A DNA stretch of 63,945 nucleotides, counting the filler, from Atractiella rhizophila (taxonomy: Eukaryota): NCBI GenBank assembly GCA_021432655.1. It is 7 parts of 7 records of this genome, joined end to end, with 100 filler letters (N's around TTAATTAATTAA, not from the genome) between each part and the next. Parts side by side here need not be neighbours in the genome. Positions count along the whole stretch, not along the records: positions 27,550 to 49,200 come from MU271358.1; 6 more parts are not named here. One strand, written 5' to 3'. Below are positions 36,268 through 49,300 of the stretch, one piece after another. Position numbers and translations under genes: made by a program. Positions within the stretch are counted from its first letter, which is position 1; every line of letters starts with the position of its first letter. The notes beneath the pieces were generated by a model that worked only from the letters and a program-made list of their open reading frames with translations, made no database searches and was not told the origin of the DNA.

Positions 36268-37266
36268 ATGGCCAGTCCATTTATTTCTCTAGTGCAGCTT
36301 GCACAGGTATTTTATGATAGGTTTGAACGTGTAAGTAAGCTTGAAATTCTTTGAAAACGACAGAGAACAGAGAAAATCAAAGACTCTAAAACGATGACAC
36401 TTTGCCTGTCGTCGTTCATTCTCTGCTCAAGATGCCAAAATAATCATTAAATGGGCTCTGCACAGGCTTACAACAGCACGGAAGACGTTTGCGAGCTCCT
36501 TGAGCAGCTGAAAACGTTACTTGAGAATATTCGACTTCTGGAACATATAGCTGGACACGAGTTTTCAAATATTATTGGGAAAGCAGCGGAACAGTATGCC
36601 AGGTAAGCTCCTTCTCGCATACTGAAAGGGCAAGTGTGAAAAATATTACAGCCTGGTTCGACGACACGATGCTGCCTTCAACGAGTACGCCAAGTTGGGT
36701 TCGCTCCGACGGGCTTTCAAAGTCTCTCAAATTGAGAGGCATGTTAAGCGCGTTGGGAGTGACGTCTTTCGTATTTATGTCGAACTCAACGTGTGTATTT
36801 TCTTGCCGCAGATAAAGCCACTGACGTGCTCCAGTTCCGGCTCTCAATACTCGTTTTTCACAAAACATACGAAACGCGGAAACAGCAAAATACCATACCC
36901 GCACAGAATCAAGATGAGCTCAAGGAACCTCGCGCCTTTCAGCTTGAACAAGCGAGGAGATCCCCCGAATGGTCAGCCCTCTTCCTGCGACTGCAGCGCA
37001 TAATTGCTAGTTCGCCAGAATTGCAGGAGAAGCTCTCAGTGATTGCATCTTCTGAGACTGAGTGGCCAGTCTGTTCTTCCAACCCAAATTCCCTCTCTCA
37101 AGCCACAGATATATCTAGTCCAAGCAACGCCTCAGAAACTTTGTTTCTGGCAGCAATTGGATTTTCATGCCAGGTAGTGGTGTGTTCATTGATTGCCCTC
37201 GGAATCATGATTTCAGGACATATATCTTCCAATGCGTCCCCTTCGTTGGCATTTGACCTCGATTAA
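36268..37266 (+). pseudogene. Possible degenerate helical-bundle (MLKL/NLR N-terminal-like) gene
   Basis: GCCACCATGG start, MASPFISLVQLAQVFYDRFER then GTAAGT; downstream amphipathic helical exons; stops in all three frames after the first intron. Confidence 0.25.
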
Positions 37267-39694
37267 TGGCTTTCAGTCTCAAACAATGCCACAATGTTTG
37301 ATCTTTGTATGTTTGTTGTGTTGCTCTATGTGTTAGGTTTTTAAACATTCTTACTTAACGGTAGATTTGGTCTGGTATTATCATGTGCATCTTTAATTGA
37401 TGTATTGGATAGTATTGCAATGGAATCGCTTCGTGTTTCTCCAACATTTTCCGGCCGACCGGAATGATCGATGGATAAGCCATGCAAATAAAACCAGCAA
37501 AGCAAACAGGCAAAACATTAGATACAATGGCGTAATTGGTTTAAGAGTTTGAAGGCATTTTGAGGGTGATAGGAACAGCTCTCTCATTCGTATAGGAAGG
37601 ATCGGAGTATATATCCTTCTCCTTCTTTCACACCCTCTATCTTATCCTTGATTCCAGATTGAGAACGCTCCAAGAGTGGGTAGAGCGCTAGCTTGACAAC
37701 ACATGCTTGTGCAAGGACGACTGCTCATGAATGCTCGGGATCGAATGCGAGAGCATACATACAGGTATCAAAGGATCGAAAAGCATTCATTTTCTTTCTT
37801 AGCTCACGCTCATTTCCTATCACACCTTACGTTGAGAATCAAAAGGGCTGAGGCGACTTCTATCCCGTCGTGAACTACACTGAGTTGCACTTCGAATTTT
37901 GGTAAAAAATAAAACTAATTCTTGAGTGGAAACAAGGAGAGCTGCACTTCTCTTCCCCAATTACTTGTATGCCACTCTGAAGAGGAAGCTTACTGAAAAC
38001 GCGCTTTGATAGTAATGGTGCACAGAAGGGGCCTATCAGAGAGTAGAGAGTCAGCGAGTGGTTACCTTTCTGGAGAGAGTCAACGAGTGGTTCCCTTTTC
38101 TGGGCGTATACTGTTGTCAAACTCCAAAACTACCTCTACACTCTCCTCCTCCTTTGGAGACAAATCAGGGTATGCTTACTTCAGAAAACATCAGCATTAA
38201 AACAAAGACGAGAGAAGTCATCAAACTTGGGTAAGCTAGAGAGTTCGAGCCATCGCTAGACTTTACAAGTCAACTCCTCCTCGTTGCTTGTCCTGTTTTC
38301 TTTGGCTTGACCGAAAGTGTCAGTTTGAGCGACACGACAATCAAAACGCAGCCGCACGAGCGTGCGCTCCAGTAGCATTTGGCGTTGCCCATCTTGCGAC
38401 TCTGTAGACCATCGAGAGAACAAAAGTATACCAAACCAAGGTTTGGCAACCCTGAAACTATACGAGTCAAGCTGAACCGTGTCCGTGTGAGCTCTAGAGC
38501 GCTTTTTTGGAAGTTTAGAGCACAACATTTTATCCCTTAGGGCAAGGCTCGAACGACAACGGAGAAGCCCTTGAAATGCCTATGGAGTACTTCAACCGCT
38601 TCGCTATAACGTACCATCACTGCGATATATCACCATTTGAGGTCTTTTTATGACATCTCTTGATGTACATGCCAAGATGTCATTGTTCCTCCGGTCGCAG
38701 CCGTAAGGACGGTAACTCAGGATCACACAGGCAGCTCTTGGCTCTAGATCCCGAGACCTCCAAGACAAAGAAGCGTATAACAATATTGTAGTCACGCCAA
38801 GCAGCCTCTTAATCCGAACGTTCAGTTAATAACATTCTGTCATAACTCTTCTTATGGGTATGGGAGTAAGAGAAGTAGAGGTATTCTGGACGAGCGACGG
38901 TCCGGTCTGCGATTTTTTGCGACGCAGGTTTTTCCTCGATGAACTACTTTGCATTGAAAAGAAAAATAGAACGCTCTTGCACTCCGTCACCGTTAAAAGG
39001 ATGGTTGGGACGCACCTCAGACGTATTATTGGGCTAGGCATCAAGCGCTCTCAATCCGCAACACCCAATCAGAGCTCCTCTCCATCACTCGGAAACCTTG
39101 CTAAATCACCAAACAATACGCGGCAGAGATGAGATCGAGAGAAGCGATAAGTGCAAAAGGGGGAACCTGTCTCAGCAGAAACAAGATCACCGCTGAAGTT
39201 GACGCACGTGCCGTATTCCTGCACTTTTCTTTTTCTGAAAAGAACCACTGGCAGTCATTCTCAAAACCCTGCTCAAAATTGCCTGTCTAGCAAACACCCA
39301 GTGAAAGATTTTGACCCAATGTCAACAGATTTATTTATTCCTTCACGTAAATGGATCGGATAGCGTGTATCTGTCACCGACAGCGTCCATGAAAGGACAA
39401 CTCAATTATGGCTTCTATCAGCTTCTGTTATGTCGATCCACTCGTGCTCATCTCATTCTGAAACGCTCTTTGATTCGAGCCCTATATAATTATACGAGGA
39501 AGGTTTCACACGGTTCAGGTTCAGGTTCACGGTTATTCGAATATGTTGCACAAATGGCCCGGAATGGGTGAAGTAGCTGATGGAACACTGGAGGCTGGAA
39601 ACGGAAGGCCAAGAAGATAAATGACATGTCCCATCGTTTTACCCACACCTCACACTCAAACGCAACTGCAGCCCTTTGAGCAGAGAATCGCTCC

Positions 39695-41809
39695 ATGGCG
39701 TCAAGGACTTTCAAGTCGCTCACAGCCTCTCGCTTTCTCTTTTTGCTAACGATTCTCAACATCATTCTCTTCCTTGCACGGCTCAAGGGCCTTCCGAGTT
39801 ACGAAGATCAATGGCAGGAAGATCTCGATGAAGGAGCCTTAGATGGTTCAGTGGAAGGTGATTATCAGCCTGAGGTCATCTGAACTCGAGTGGCAAGATC
39901 TGACTTGCCGAGGAAGATGTAGGAGTCGAATTGAAATCAAGACACGACGACCAACTTCGCCTTTCGCCGGGTCATTCAGAGCGATTCTCTTCTTCAAAGG
40001 GAGACACTCTCAGGTCGCCCTCAATCATTTCTCCAGGTTTGTCTTTTCACGTCTGAAGCTTATCCGGCCCATCCCAGTACGTTGAGCTTATTCCTCCAAT
40101 TCCAGAGAGAATCCCATCCTGCGATCCCGCCGACTCCCTTTCCAATCCGCGCACCATCGCGTATGGTCGTGATGCAGTTCATTTATCGCTCGCTCATGAA
40201 GGGACGGGAAATCGGGTGCGGAGGTTCTTGAAGAAGCTGAGAAGCGGCAAGGGGGTGAAGATTGGAGTATTGGGAGGTTCAGGTAGAGTCACCTCTCGTT
40301 CCGCACCGATATTGAGAGCTGAACACGTGTTTATCTTCATTTCAGTAACGAGAGGACATGGCTTACAGAAAGAGGAAGGCGGGGTGATGAAGAACGCATG
40401 GCAATATAGAATCTTCGAATGGATGAAAGAGCAGTTTCCGGACGCTCAGCACGAGCTGTTCAATGGACCAGTGCCAGCCGTGGTCGTGTACGTCTTCAAC
40501 TCCGTAGAGGGAGATTGATGCCAATATGAAGAGAGGGCAGACAATATTTCTCCGTTTGCTTCTCCCAGCACATACCCGTAGATGAGGTAGATCTAATCTT
40601 TGTACGGGCTCCTCGTTTCCTCCCTGTCTTTTCTCTCATGGTCTTTCTGGATCAAGGTTGAGCTAGACATCAACTCCCAGCGTAGTGACGAAGCCTTTCG
40701 CGCATACGATTCATTATATCGCTCACTCCTCTCCCTCCCTCAATCTCCCGCCGTCATCGCTATTTCTACATTTGCGCTCGTCTTCTCTGAAATCGGTACG
40801 GGCTGGCCATCTATGCTTCCCGTTGCGCAATACAATGACATTCCTATCATCACCATCCGGAATTGGCTTCTCCCTCACCTACTTCTACATCCGTTGGATA
40901 AGGATATACTATTCTTCAACGAGAAACTCGACCATTGGGATAATCGACATATCAATCATGTGGGACATCAGGTGTTAGCGGATTTCACAATCCTTTATTT
41001 GCAGAAGCAACTTTGTGAGCTGGAGTTGAGGGAGAATGAGGTCTGGATGGAGAAGGTGGAGAGACCAGGAACTGAGTGGACGAATGTCAATACTGCCGAG
41101 TTTGTGGAGGTCCCAAAGGTTGATTTTCCACTCCATGTTTTTGTCCATCACGCTGACAACTTGCTTTCAGATTAGACTGACCGACCGCTTCCCTTGGGAA
41201 TCTGATTCACCCATGATCACGTCAGAGGAAATGACCCAGCCTCTCTGTCGCACGCTGGCATCCGAACTCGACCCTCTTGTACCTTCTTCCCCTCTGGCCG
41301 CTTCCTCTCTTCCCTCCTCAGGTACCACGGACGTTACCGACGGTGGGCCAACTTCCCCCTCGCGTCCCGCTATAGGGTGGACACAAGAGCGTATCGACGA
41401 CAAACCATTCTTCGTCTCCCGTGTTCCTTTCACGAGGATCAGCTTCAACATCTCCGTTTCTAAACTCGGAGACGCGAAGGTCGCTCTTGGACAAGGAGGG
41501 GAGGTGGGACTGTTCATTTGGCGTACACCCGTCACTGGGGACGAAGGCATGGGCAAGGCTGCTTGCTGGATCGAAGGCGTGCATGAGGAGCCGGAGGAGG
41601 GATGGGGAGGGAGAGACTATTTGAACTGGGAAGGTGCAGTCGTGGATGGATATAAAAGTGAAGGGTTGAAGTTGGTCGAGTGGACGCGACCTTTGAGGTT
41701 CAAGAGAGCCGTGAAGGAAGGAAATCATACATTACATTGTATGCTCCTTCCTTTTACAAGCAGCGGGGGGATAGAGTTCAGGATTCAGGGGATCACCGTG
41801 ATGAGTTGA
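39695..41809 (+). CDS. Cap64/Cas3-like SGNH-hydrolase-type membrane protein
   Basis: N-terminal TM; KLRSGKGVKIGVLGGSVTRGHG (SGNH block I), ELDIN, LLSLPQSPAVI, DNRHINHVGH; resembles the Cryptococcus Cap64 family. Confidence 0.75.
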
Positions 41810-41945
41810 TGCTTTCTATCGCCCTGTCATTTGTCCTTACACTCAATTTTGCTCAGTCTCCTGGTTAACCTCTTCTTGTATGTGATATTGGATAGCATGA
41901 CGTACTGATTCCACGTGGTATAATCAAAGCAAACATCACATAAGT

Positions 41946-43910
41946 CTACTTCTTCCCATTTTTGTCACCTTCCTTATCCAAAAAAGGGTCATTGTCCTGA
42001 AACCCAACTGCCTCCTCACCCTCCTTCTCTCCCACCTTTGGCTTCTTAGCGATCGGTTTCCCAACCTTAAATTTAGCGACGAAGAAGCCATCCATATTGA
42101 GCGTATGCGGCCAAAAACCGTCTTGTTTTCTTCAACGACTCGTCGAAGTGCTTCCCTCGGAAGTTGACGAATCCCTCTCGACCAAACTCTAGGCCGGTAT
42201 CCACAAGCACTGCATGTGGACGCTTCTTTAATGCGTAGTCGACGACCGCTTCGTCCTCTTCAACCGTAAGGGAGCAGGTACTATATACAACGTATCCGCC
42301 GCTGGTGGAAGTAGGAGCGACGGAGTCGATGGCGGATAAGATGAGCTCTTTCTGGAGGTGGGTAAGAAGAGCAAAGTCTTTTTCGGACTTCACCAACGGC
42401 TCATAAGCATTAGGTAGAGAGGGAAAGCGAATGACGTACTTTGCTCATCTTCACACTTTGATCTTTGCTGATGACGCCGGTTCCACTGCACGGCGCATCG
42501 AGCAAAACTCTATCGAATCCACCAAGCACCTTCGGGAACTCTCGTCCATCATAATTGCTCACGACGACATTCCGACATCCCAACCTAGCCACATTCGCAG
42601 CCAAGCTCTTGCATCGTTTCTTGCTCGCATCGTTGGCGAAGATTGTCCCAGAATTTTGCATGAGAGCAGACATGTGAGTTGCTTTCCCTCCTGGTGCTGA
42701 GGACATGTCTAATATTCTTTCGTTTGGAAGCGGAGCAAGGGCGAGGACGGGAAGGAAGGAGGAGGCGGATTGGAGGATGTAATGACCTGCGAGGTATTCT
42801 GGTGTCGCACCTGTTGCGAGATTCAGTCTTTACTCCGCTTTTTGAGGGAGTAGTTCAGGCGCACCGATAGGGATGCTGCTCTCGAATATTTGCAGACCCT
42901 CTTTGGTCCACTTCCCAATCGGTTCAAGCGTCACTCCGCGATTTATCAAGGTCTGCGCCAGGTCTCTTCGCTTCGTTTTCAGGGTGTTCGTGCGGATTGT
43001 GACTGGCCGTTGAGTGTCTGACGAATCGAAGAAAGGGACAACTTCCTCAATGGGTAGGAGTTGGAAGAGCTTGTCGGCTAGATAAGTGTTATAGCCATAA
43101 TACTCGCAAATATCGGAGATCAATAATTCGGACATTTCATTCCTTGACCTGTTGGGCAGTTTCAGCGTTTGCGAGCAAGCGAAAATTGTAAGAGGAAACA
43201 ACGGACCGTCCTCCTTTCAGTTCTTCGTAATCTGGATTCTTCCAATCCCTCAGCACCTTCACCGAGCTCTGCATCCGCATCTTCACAAACTGGAGATCCG
43301 GAATATTGCCTCCCTTGGACCGGCGCAAGCTGTCGTCCAACGGCCCATTGGCATGCGGGCTTTCATCGTCGTCCATTTCTTCCTCGGGTTGCTGGAACAT
43401 CTCTAACGTCTCGGACGGTTTGGCGTTTTTGGCGGACGTTGAAGCGCCCTGGTGCCTCCATTTCTGCATCGGATGAAGAAGCTTCTCCTTCCTGTTCAAC
43501 CTCGCCGTCAACAGGTAACGAATCAACCCATTCGTCCGTCTCCGGAAGGCCATCATCAGGTTCAATGAGATCTTCTTCATCAAAAAGAGCCCTTCAAGGG
43601 AGAGCTTCATTTAGCTCGAAATCCTACCAGTAACGACAAAACGAAAAATGGCTCACTCTCGATCCCTCTCAAGCCCATCTCCTCCATCTCCATCCTCAAA
43701 CGCCTCATCGTCCCACTCATCGTCCTCTCCCGCCTTCTTCTTTCCCTTCCCTTTGCCAGTGACTTTCGCAGCTCCAAGCGAAGTCTTCCGCTTCTTTGCG
43801 TTGCTAGCCCCGTCTGTAGCTGGCGCTTTTCGCTTTTTCGAACGAGGATCGGGCTTGGTGCTCCCGAGTGGAGCCGGCGAGGGCTGCTTCAGACGTGCTT
43901 TCCGTCCCAT
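41946..43910 (-). CDS. NOP2: 25S rRNA cytosine-C5 methyltransferase Nop2 (two apparent indel errors)
   Basis: RPVTIRTNTLKTKRRDLAQTLINRGVTLEP, DMSSAPGGK, FDRVLLDAPCSGTGVI, VYSTCS, H.LNMDGFFVAKF (after a +1 T near 42113). Confidence 0.95.
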
Positions 43911-43957
43911 TTTGTGATTTTGCTGCAGAAATACTTCACTTCAAAAGCAAGCTGTTA

Positions 43958-43972
43958 GAGAATTTTTTCAAA
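43958..43972 (-). promoter_or_regulatory. RRPE-like motif (TGAAAAAATT) in the 158-bp divergent NOP2/SMN promoter
   Basis: Resembles the yeast ribosome-biogenesis element; a similar AT motif lies upstream of YTM1 (~63151-63167). Confidence 0.3.
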
Positions 43973-44068
43973 CAATCGGGATGAACCCTAGTCAGGGCTC
44001 TGGTTTGTCACTACGGCAGCAAAAAAGTTACCGTCAGCCATACAACAGCTCACTCACAGAACTCGAGC

Positions 44069-44956
44069 ATGTCGCGTATCCTCACATCCTACGCAGATAT
44101 TGACTCTCCTTCGACTCACGCACAACCTCGCACGAGTTTAAGCGTTGTTGGCGAAAAAAATCTGAAAAGGAAACGGTCTTCCTCAGCAGAACGTCCTGCC
44201 ACACAGATACCAGAGCTGAAAATGGAAGATTTGAGTTGCTCTGAAGAAGAAGAAGTGGTTGACTACGAGGAAGAAATAAATACAATAGAAGTGGTCACTT
44301 CGGAAGGAATTAACATTGAGGCAGTAGAATGGCACGATGACGCTTTTTTGCGGGTCAGTCCTCGTATTTTGTAGACTTGGTAAGATAACACTAACACACA
44401 GAATGGTGGACACAGGTATGGAACGCTGCTGTGGACGATTGGAAAGTTGCTAACAACCTTTTGGACCCCAACTCAACCTCACGGCGAACGAGTGACCTGT
44501 TCGTTCTTCGTCCTTTCTTCCTTTCTGGAAATCGACAAGTCATCTCACCTGTCTTACTCTTAGATGGAATTTGCCTTCATTTTCTCAGGATGAGACAGCA
44601 CTGGAGCAAACCCAGCCTACCGCCCCTTCAATCCCCGTCCAAAACCCTTCGAGCGCCACCACAACGACAGTCGTGCAGAGCTCCGTGAGTTCAGAGGAGC
44701 ACGACAAACCCAACGCAAGTTTCGTCCCTCCGCATCCGATCCAATCACTCCCGTCTGCCCTCCAAACGCTCTCTACGTGTCCAGAACTGAGTTCTACGGT
44801 GCACGACGCGCTTCAAGCGTGGTACGACGCGGGCTATAAGGCTGGTCCGTTTTCGCTCATTTTCTAGCATCGAAGTGGCTGATGAGCTTATGGGTGGGAG
44901 CAGGCCGGTTGCATGCGCGGCTGGAGGAGATGGGGAAGTACGACGGATCTGCTTAA
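44069..44956 (+). CDS. Survival motor neuron (SMN/Yab8)-like protein
   Basis: Gemin2-binding-like WHDDAFLR...WNAAVDDW and YG-box-like ALQAWYDAGYKAG in spliced exons. Confidence 0.7.
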
Positions 44957-45196
44957 CATACGATTGTCAAAGAGGATCCTTAATACTTGTAGCTCGATCC
45001 CTCCTTGATTTGAAGGAATGCCTTTCCCTGCCGAGTAGGGTAGTTTTCATGCTCTCGTTCATCACAGAAGGTTGAAATAGAGAAGGATAAGTTATGCACT
45101 TTTGATTAGCATGAACAAGTAGCTATCAACACCTCGACACAACATAGCAACCAGATGTATATATCTCCAACATCCTCCATAACTAGGATGAATGTA

Positions 45197-46922
45197 TCAC
45201 TCTTCCTCTTCAAAAGCCGAATAAACGACCGCCGCCCACTCCTTCATCTCCCTCACCTCCGCCAACGCCTCGACCCACTCATTCGGTATACTTTGTACCA
45301 TCTCCCTACTCTGTCTCGCGACGGTCGGGAGCAAACTAGCGAGTCTAACAGACTTCTCCATCTCCATCTCCCTCCCTCCCACCTCCTGAAACCTCACTCC
45401 CTTCTTCGCTCCCACCGCATCCCAACTCCTCACCTCCTCCTCCTCCCCCTCATGTCTCTCCGCCGGTGGACTCCGGAATACAGGTTCTATCGATTTGAGT
45501 AGTGTGTCGAATGCTTTGTCGATCAGGAGGGAGGAGACGAGGGAGAAGTCGGGCGAGTCGAGAAAGTCGCGGGTTTCGGAGAGCAGGGAGGAGAGGGAGG
45601 GTGTGAGGACGCAGTCCGCGGGAGAGAGACCGGAAAGATAGAGAGTTGAGGATTCGAGGGAAGGAGGAGGGAAGGAGGAGGGAGGAGAAAGAGAATGCGG
45701 TGGAATCTGGGTTTGTTTCGACTAGGTGTCGGATGCGGAAGAGCAGTGTAGAGAGCTCCGAGTAGCGCAGAGGTGCCTTCAGAGGTAGACTGACTCAGAA
45801 AGAGGAATTAGATTGGTTGTTTTTGATGATTGAAGGAGTGGGAAGGACGTACCTCCCGATCACTTCCTCTGTTGCCTGACGCACTCGACTCTCCACTTCC
45901 CTCCATCCCCTATTGACCAACCACCAACTGAGCGTCAAATACTGTCTCTCCGTCCTCGAATCCACCCTCCTTCCCTCGCCCAATCCTCCCTCCTCTCCAA
46001 CGCCAACTTCACCTTCACCTTCTGACGGCGCAGAGTTCATAGAGCGACAACGGAATCGAGGTAAGCGAACCGACCGAGGATAGTTGAGCTTGGAGATGGG
46101 TGAGAAGGAAGAGGAGGACGAGGGAGTAGGAGAGAGTGAGTGGTTGGATGAAGGAGAGGAGCTTGAGGTCGTGCCAGAGCTCCGCTTTCGTCTTTGCTCG
46201 TCCCTGTCTCTGTCGCTGCTTCTTCCAGAGACGAGGAGGGAGGGATGGGTGAGGATGAACGAGAGCGTTTTCCAGGAGATGGATGGGGGAAGGAAGTAAG
46301 AGGCGGAGGTGGGGGAGACGCCGTGGATTTTTCCATGTCATTCGACTCTCCCTTTCCATTCGGCAGCCCATTCACATGCTGCTCCTCTTTCTCTTTCTCC
46401 TCTCCCTCTCCCACCTCTGCTTCAGTCTCCGCCTCCGCCTCATCCCCATTGACCAACACTGTGGACTCATTCACCAACCGTTCCCTCTCTTCCTCTTCCC
46501 TCCTTATCCGCTCCTCCTCCTCCTTCTCCCTCAACATCCGCCTCTGTCTCTCCCCCACCGCTCTAATCTCAGCCGTGACGGCTTCGACATCACACTCCTC
46601 CAACACCTTCCCACCCAATGCCGGCAAAAAGCGAGGACGGNNNNNNNNNNNNNNNNNNNNNNNNNNNNNNNNNNNNNNNNNNNNNNNNNNNNNNNNNNNN
46701 NNNNNNNNNNNNNNNNNNNNNNNNNNNNNNNNNNNNNNNNNNNNNNNNNNNNNNNNNNNNNNNNNNNNNNNNNNNNNNNNNNNNNNNNNNNNNNNNNNNN
46801 NNNNNNNNNNNNNNNNNNNNNGAGAATTTGGACTTGCCCCAGGAGAAGAGGAGGTAGGAGGAGCCAGTGAGGAGGAGCAGGGTTTGGAGGACGGGCGGTG
46901 GGGAAAGGAGGAGGGAGGTCAT
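45197..46922 (-). CDS. PEX3: Peroxin-3 (spans an N-gap; several indel errors)
   Basis: KTKAELWHDLK, LGRFAY, TERQYLTLSWWLVNRGW, ETRDFLDSPDF, RLASLLPTVARQS, WAAVVYSAF. Confidence 0.9.
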
Positions 46923-47563
46923 CCTTTCTGCACTTCTACGCTGAGGAATGCCTACACGTCGAACGAAACAAGTCGTCGTTGTTTTTTGCCTATCGTCAGG
47001 TCAAGTTGCCGGTGAATTTCACGCGTTTTTCGCCCAGCATTACTCTATTGATACAACACAGTGGGCACAGACGCCAGCTCAGCTCCATCAGATTCAGATT
47101 CATTGGAGGGACAGCGAGGAGATGGGGTACGATAATCCATGAATAGATAGCTTACGGACTACTCTTCAGTAGGTCAGATCAACTCAAACCACTTTCTCAA
47201 TAAGAAAATGAAATGCTCAAAAAATGTGAGAAAGAGAAATACCAAAAGTCAAAGTCAAAGTCAAACTGCCAGCGCGGCATTCTGGATGTCAAGTCGAGAG
47301 GAGGAGGAGGGGATGGAAAATATGTGAGCGGGAGTTGAGGGGGTGAGGGGTAGGGAGATGAGGTGGTGATACAATCGAAGAAGCGTGGAGAACGAAGAAC
47401 CCAAAGAACCAACCATCCAACCATCCCTCCTCCTCCTCTCAAACGATGCAAGTCCAGGTCGGAGACTCGTCAACTGAGTGTATAACGCAAAGAATGTATG
47501 ATATCGGACTTATTGATCGTCGAGGGTGGAAGGGGATGAGAGATGGGTGAGAGTGATGGGTGT

Positions 47564-47997
47564 TCACATGATGGTGCAACACCCGCTCTGTGCCTTCGGT
47601 GCGTAGGGATCTTCGCGTTTGTCCAGCGGACCCCATACCGATGGGACCTTACCAACACCGACGTTAGAGTGGGCACATTCTCACCGAACCATGACACTCT
47701 AAGGAGGACGCGAAGACGTACGAGGAAGTCGCGGGTTGTTTTGCAGTAGCGGATCAACCTGTTCCCACCCTCACATCAATACCCAATGTAGACAGAAACG
47801 AGGGAAATGAAGACTTTGGACTGAAAGAGAAGGGAAGGGAAGGGAGGGGAGAGACATGGAGAGAAGACATACGATGCGCTCGCCTCCGAAATCCTGACTC
47901 TGGGCCTATCCAAGTCCTCTCTCAGCCTCTGGTTGTGTTCTGTGAGCCTCCTGAGCTTGAGTTCGGACATGGACTGTTTTTGGGGACGGGCCATCAT
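47564..47997 (-). CDS. GPG1: Heterotrimeric G-protein gamma subunit
   Basis: [41 protein letters not shown]...DPY, C-terminal CCTIM (CaaX); two introns. Confidence 0.95.
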
Positions 47998-48292
47998 CTT
48001 TGGAAAGTGGACTCGGTGGAGTGATTAAAAGTGAAAAACTGCAACTGTTAATGTATAGTCAGTAAGTATTGTTTCTCGCTTGTTCATAGGGATGGACTAG
48101 GGTATTGGGGTGGGAGGTGGCACCTTTTGGAAGTGGAAGGAAGGTGAGAAGAACGTCGTCGTTGATTCCGCCGTCTAAGAGAGACCAAACAACGCCCAAA
48201 CACGACCAATTCGTCCAACACCTGACGCGAACAAACAAACGACCAGCACGCAGTCATTATTATTCGTTGTTCTGTTCTTTGGAGAGGTTATC

Positions 48293-49200
48293 ATGGTCTC
48301 CTCCTCCCTGACTGCTACCCCAAACGCAAAACTAACCGAGCGAATCGACACACTCCAACTCAAACATGAGCTCGCCCTCCTGCTTCCCGAATACGCCGGT
48401 CTCGTCTATTGGGACTCCCTCAAGGCTTTCATGAACGCAAAGATTGGGAGGGAAGAATGGGAGAATAGAGTGAGAGGCGTGTTTGGTGGATTGAGGAGCG
48501 AGGGAAGAGAGAAGGCGGGTCAGTGTTTTGTCTCTGGCTGGCTTTGCGTCGCTTTGCGTTGGTGTCGGTTCATGGCATGAAGCGGGGAGGATCTCTATCT
48601 TGCTTGAACGTTTGAATCATATTGAGTGCCTCATTGAACGCTCTATCGTTAATAAGACTGTTGCGTTGCTGCTAACTCGCATATTCGCTTACCAAACGAG
48701 ATTCTGCATACCCTCATCGCAAACAAAGGCGTCTACTTTGCAGACAGTCTACTGCTGTATCCGAGGACTAACCAAATTCCAACAGTGGCGCTCCACAACC
48801 GCCTCCTCCTCTCCATCCTGCACAACGCCTCCCTGCCCACTCCAAATCCCCCACCCATCCGACACATGGGCTTCTCCAAACGCAAGCGTTCTCTCGCCGA
48901 CGAGCTCGCCAACGGTCCCTCCTCCCGCTTCAACAACACCAATCTCCTGGTGGAGGGGGAAAGAGAGCCGAAGCGACGGGCGGTGGCGAGCTTGTCGAGG
49001 AGGGAGCGGGAGCGGTTGAGGGCTGTGGAGGCACCATTAGTTGGGGCGGGGGATAAGGAGAAGGGCGCTGCGGTTGCGGCTGCTGTTGCGGTGGGAGGTG
49101 ATGGAGAGGGCGGGAAGGAGGGTGAGGAGAAGAAGAAGGATGAGGTGGCGAAGAAGAAGAGGACTAAGAAGTTACCGTTGCCTCCTGCTATTGATGTACC
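48293..49200 (+). CDS. ADA1: SAGA subunit Ada1/Hfi1 (Tada1), 3'-truncated
   Basis: RIDTLQLKHEL...YWDSLKAFMNAKIGREEWE...VALHNRLLLSILHNA; intron 48519-48785. Confidence 0.8.
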
Positions 49201-49300
49201 NNNNNNNNNNNNNNNNNNNNNNNNNNNNNNNNNNNNNNNNNNNNTTAATTAATTAANNNNNNNNNNNNNNNNNNNNNNNNNNNNNNNNNNNNNNNNNNNN

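Noticed and set aside
39695..41809. Cap64-like gene as evidence of a Cryptococcus-type capsule locus
   Set aside because: Homologs occur widely in basidiomycetes and no other capsule genes are adjacent.
42105..46210. Frameshifts in NOP2 (~42113, ~43430) and PEX3 (~46075-46200) as programmed frameshifting or pseudogenes
   Set aside because: Single-base indels, several in short homopolymers, in otherwise conserved genes; best explained as sequencing error.
46037..47015. Long antisense or overlapping ORFs here, at 29062-29589 and at 62129-62482
   Set aside because: Shadows of purine/pyrimidine-skewed real coding sequence, or ORFs extended through N runs.
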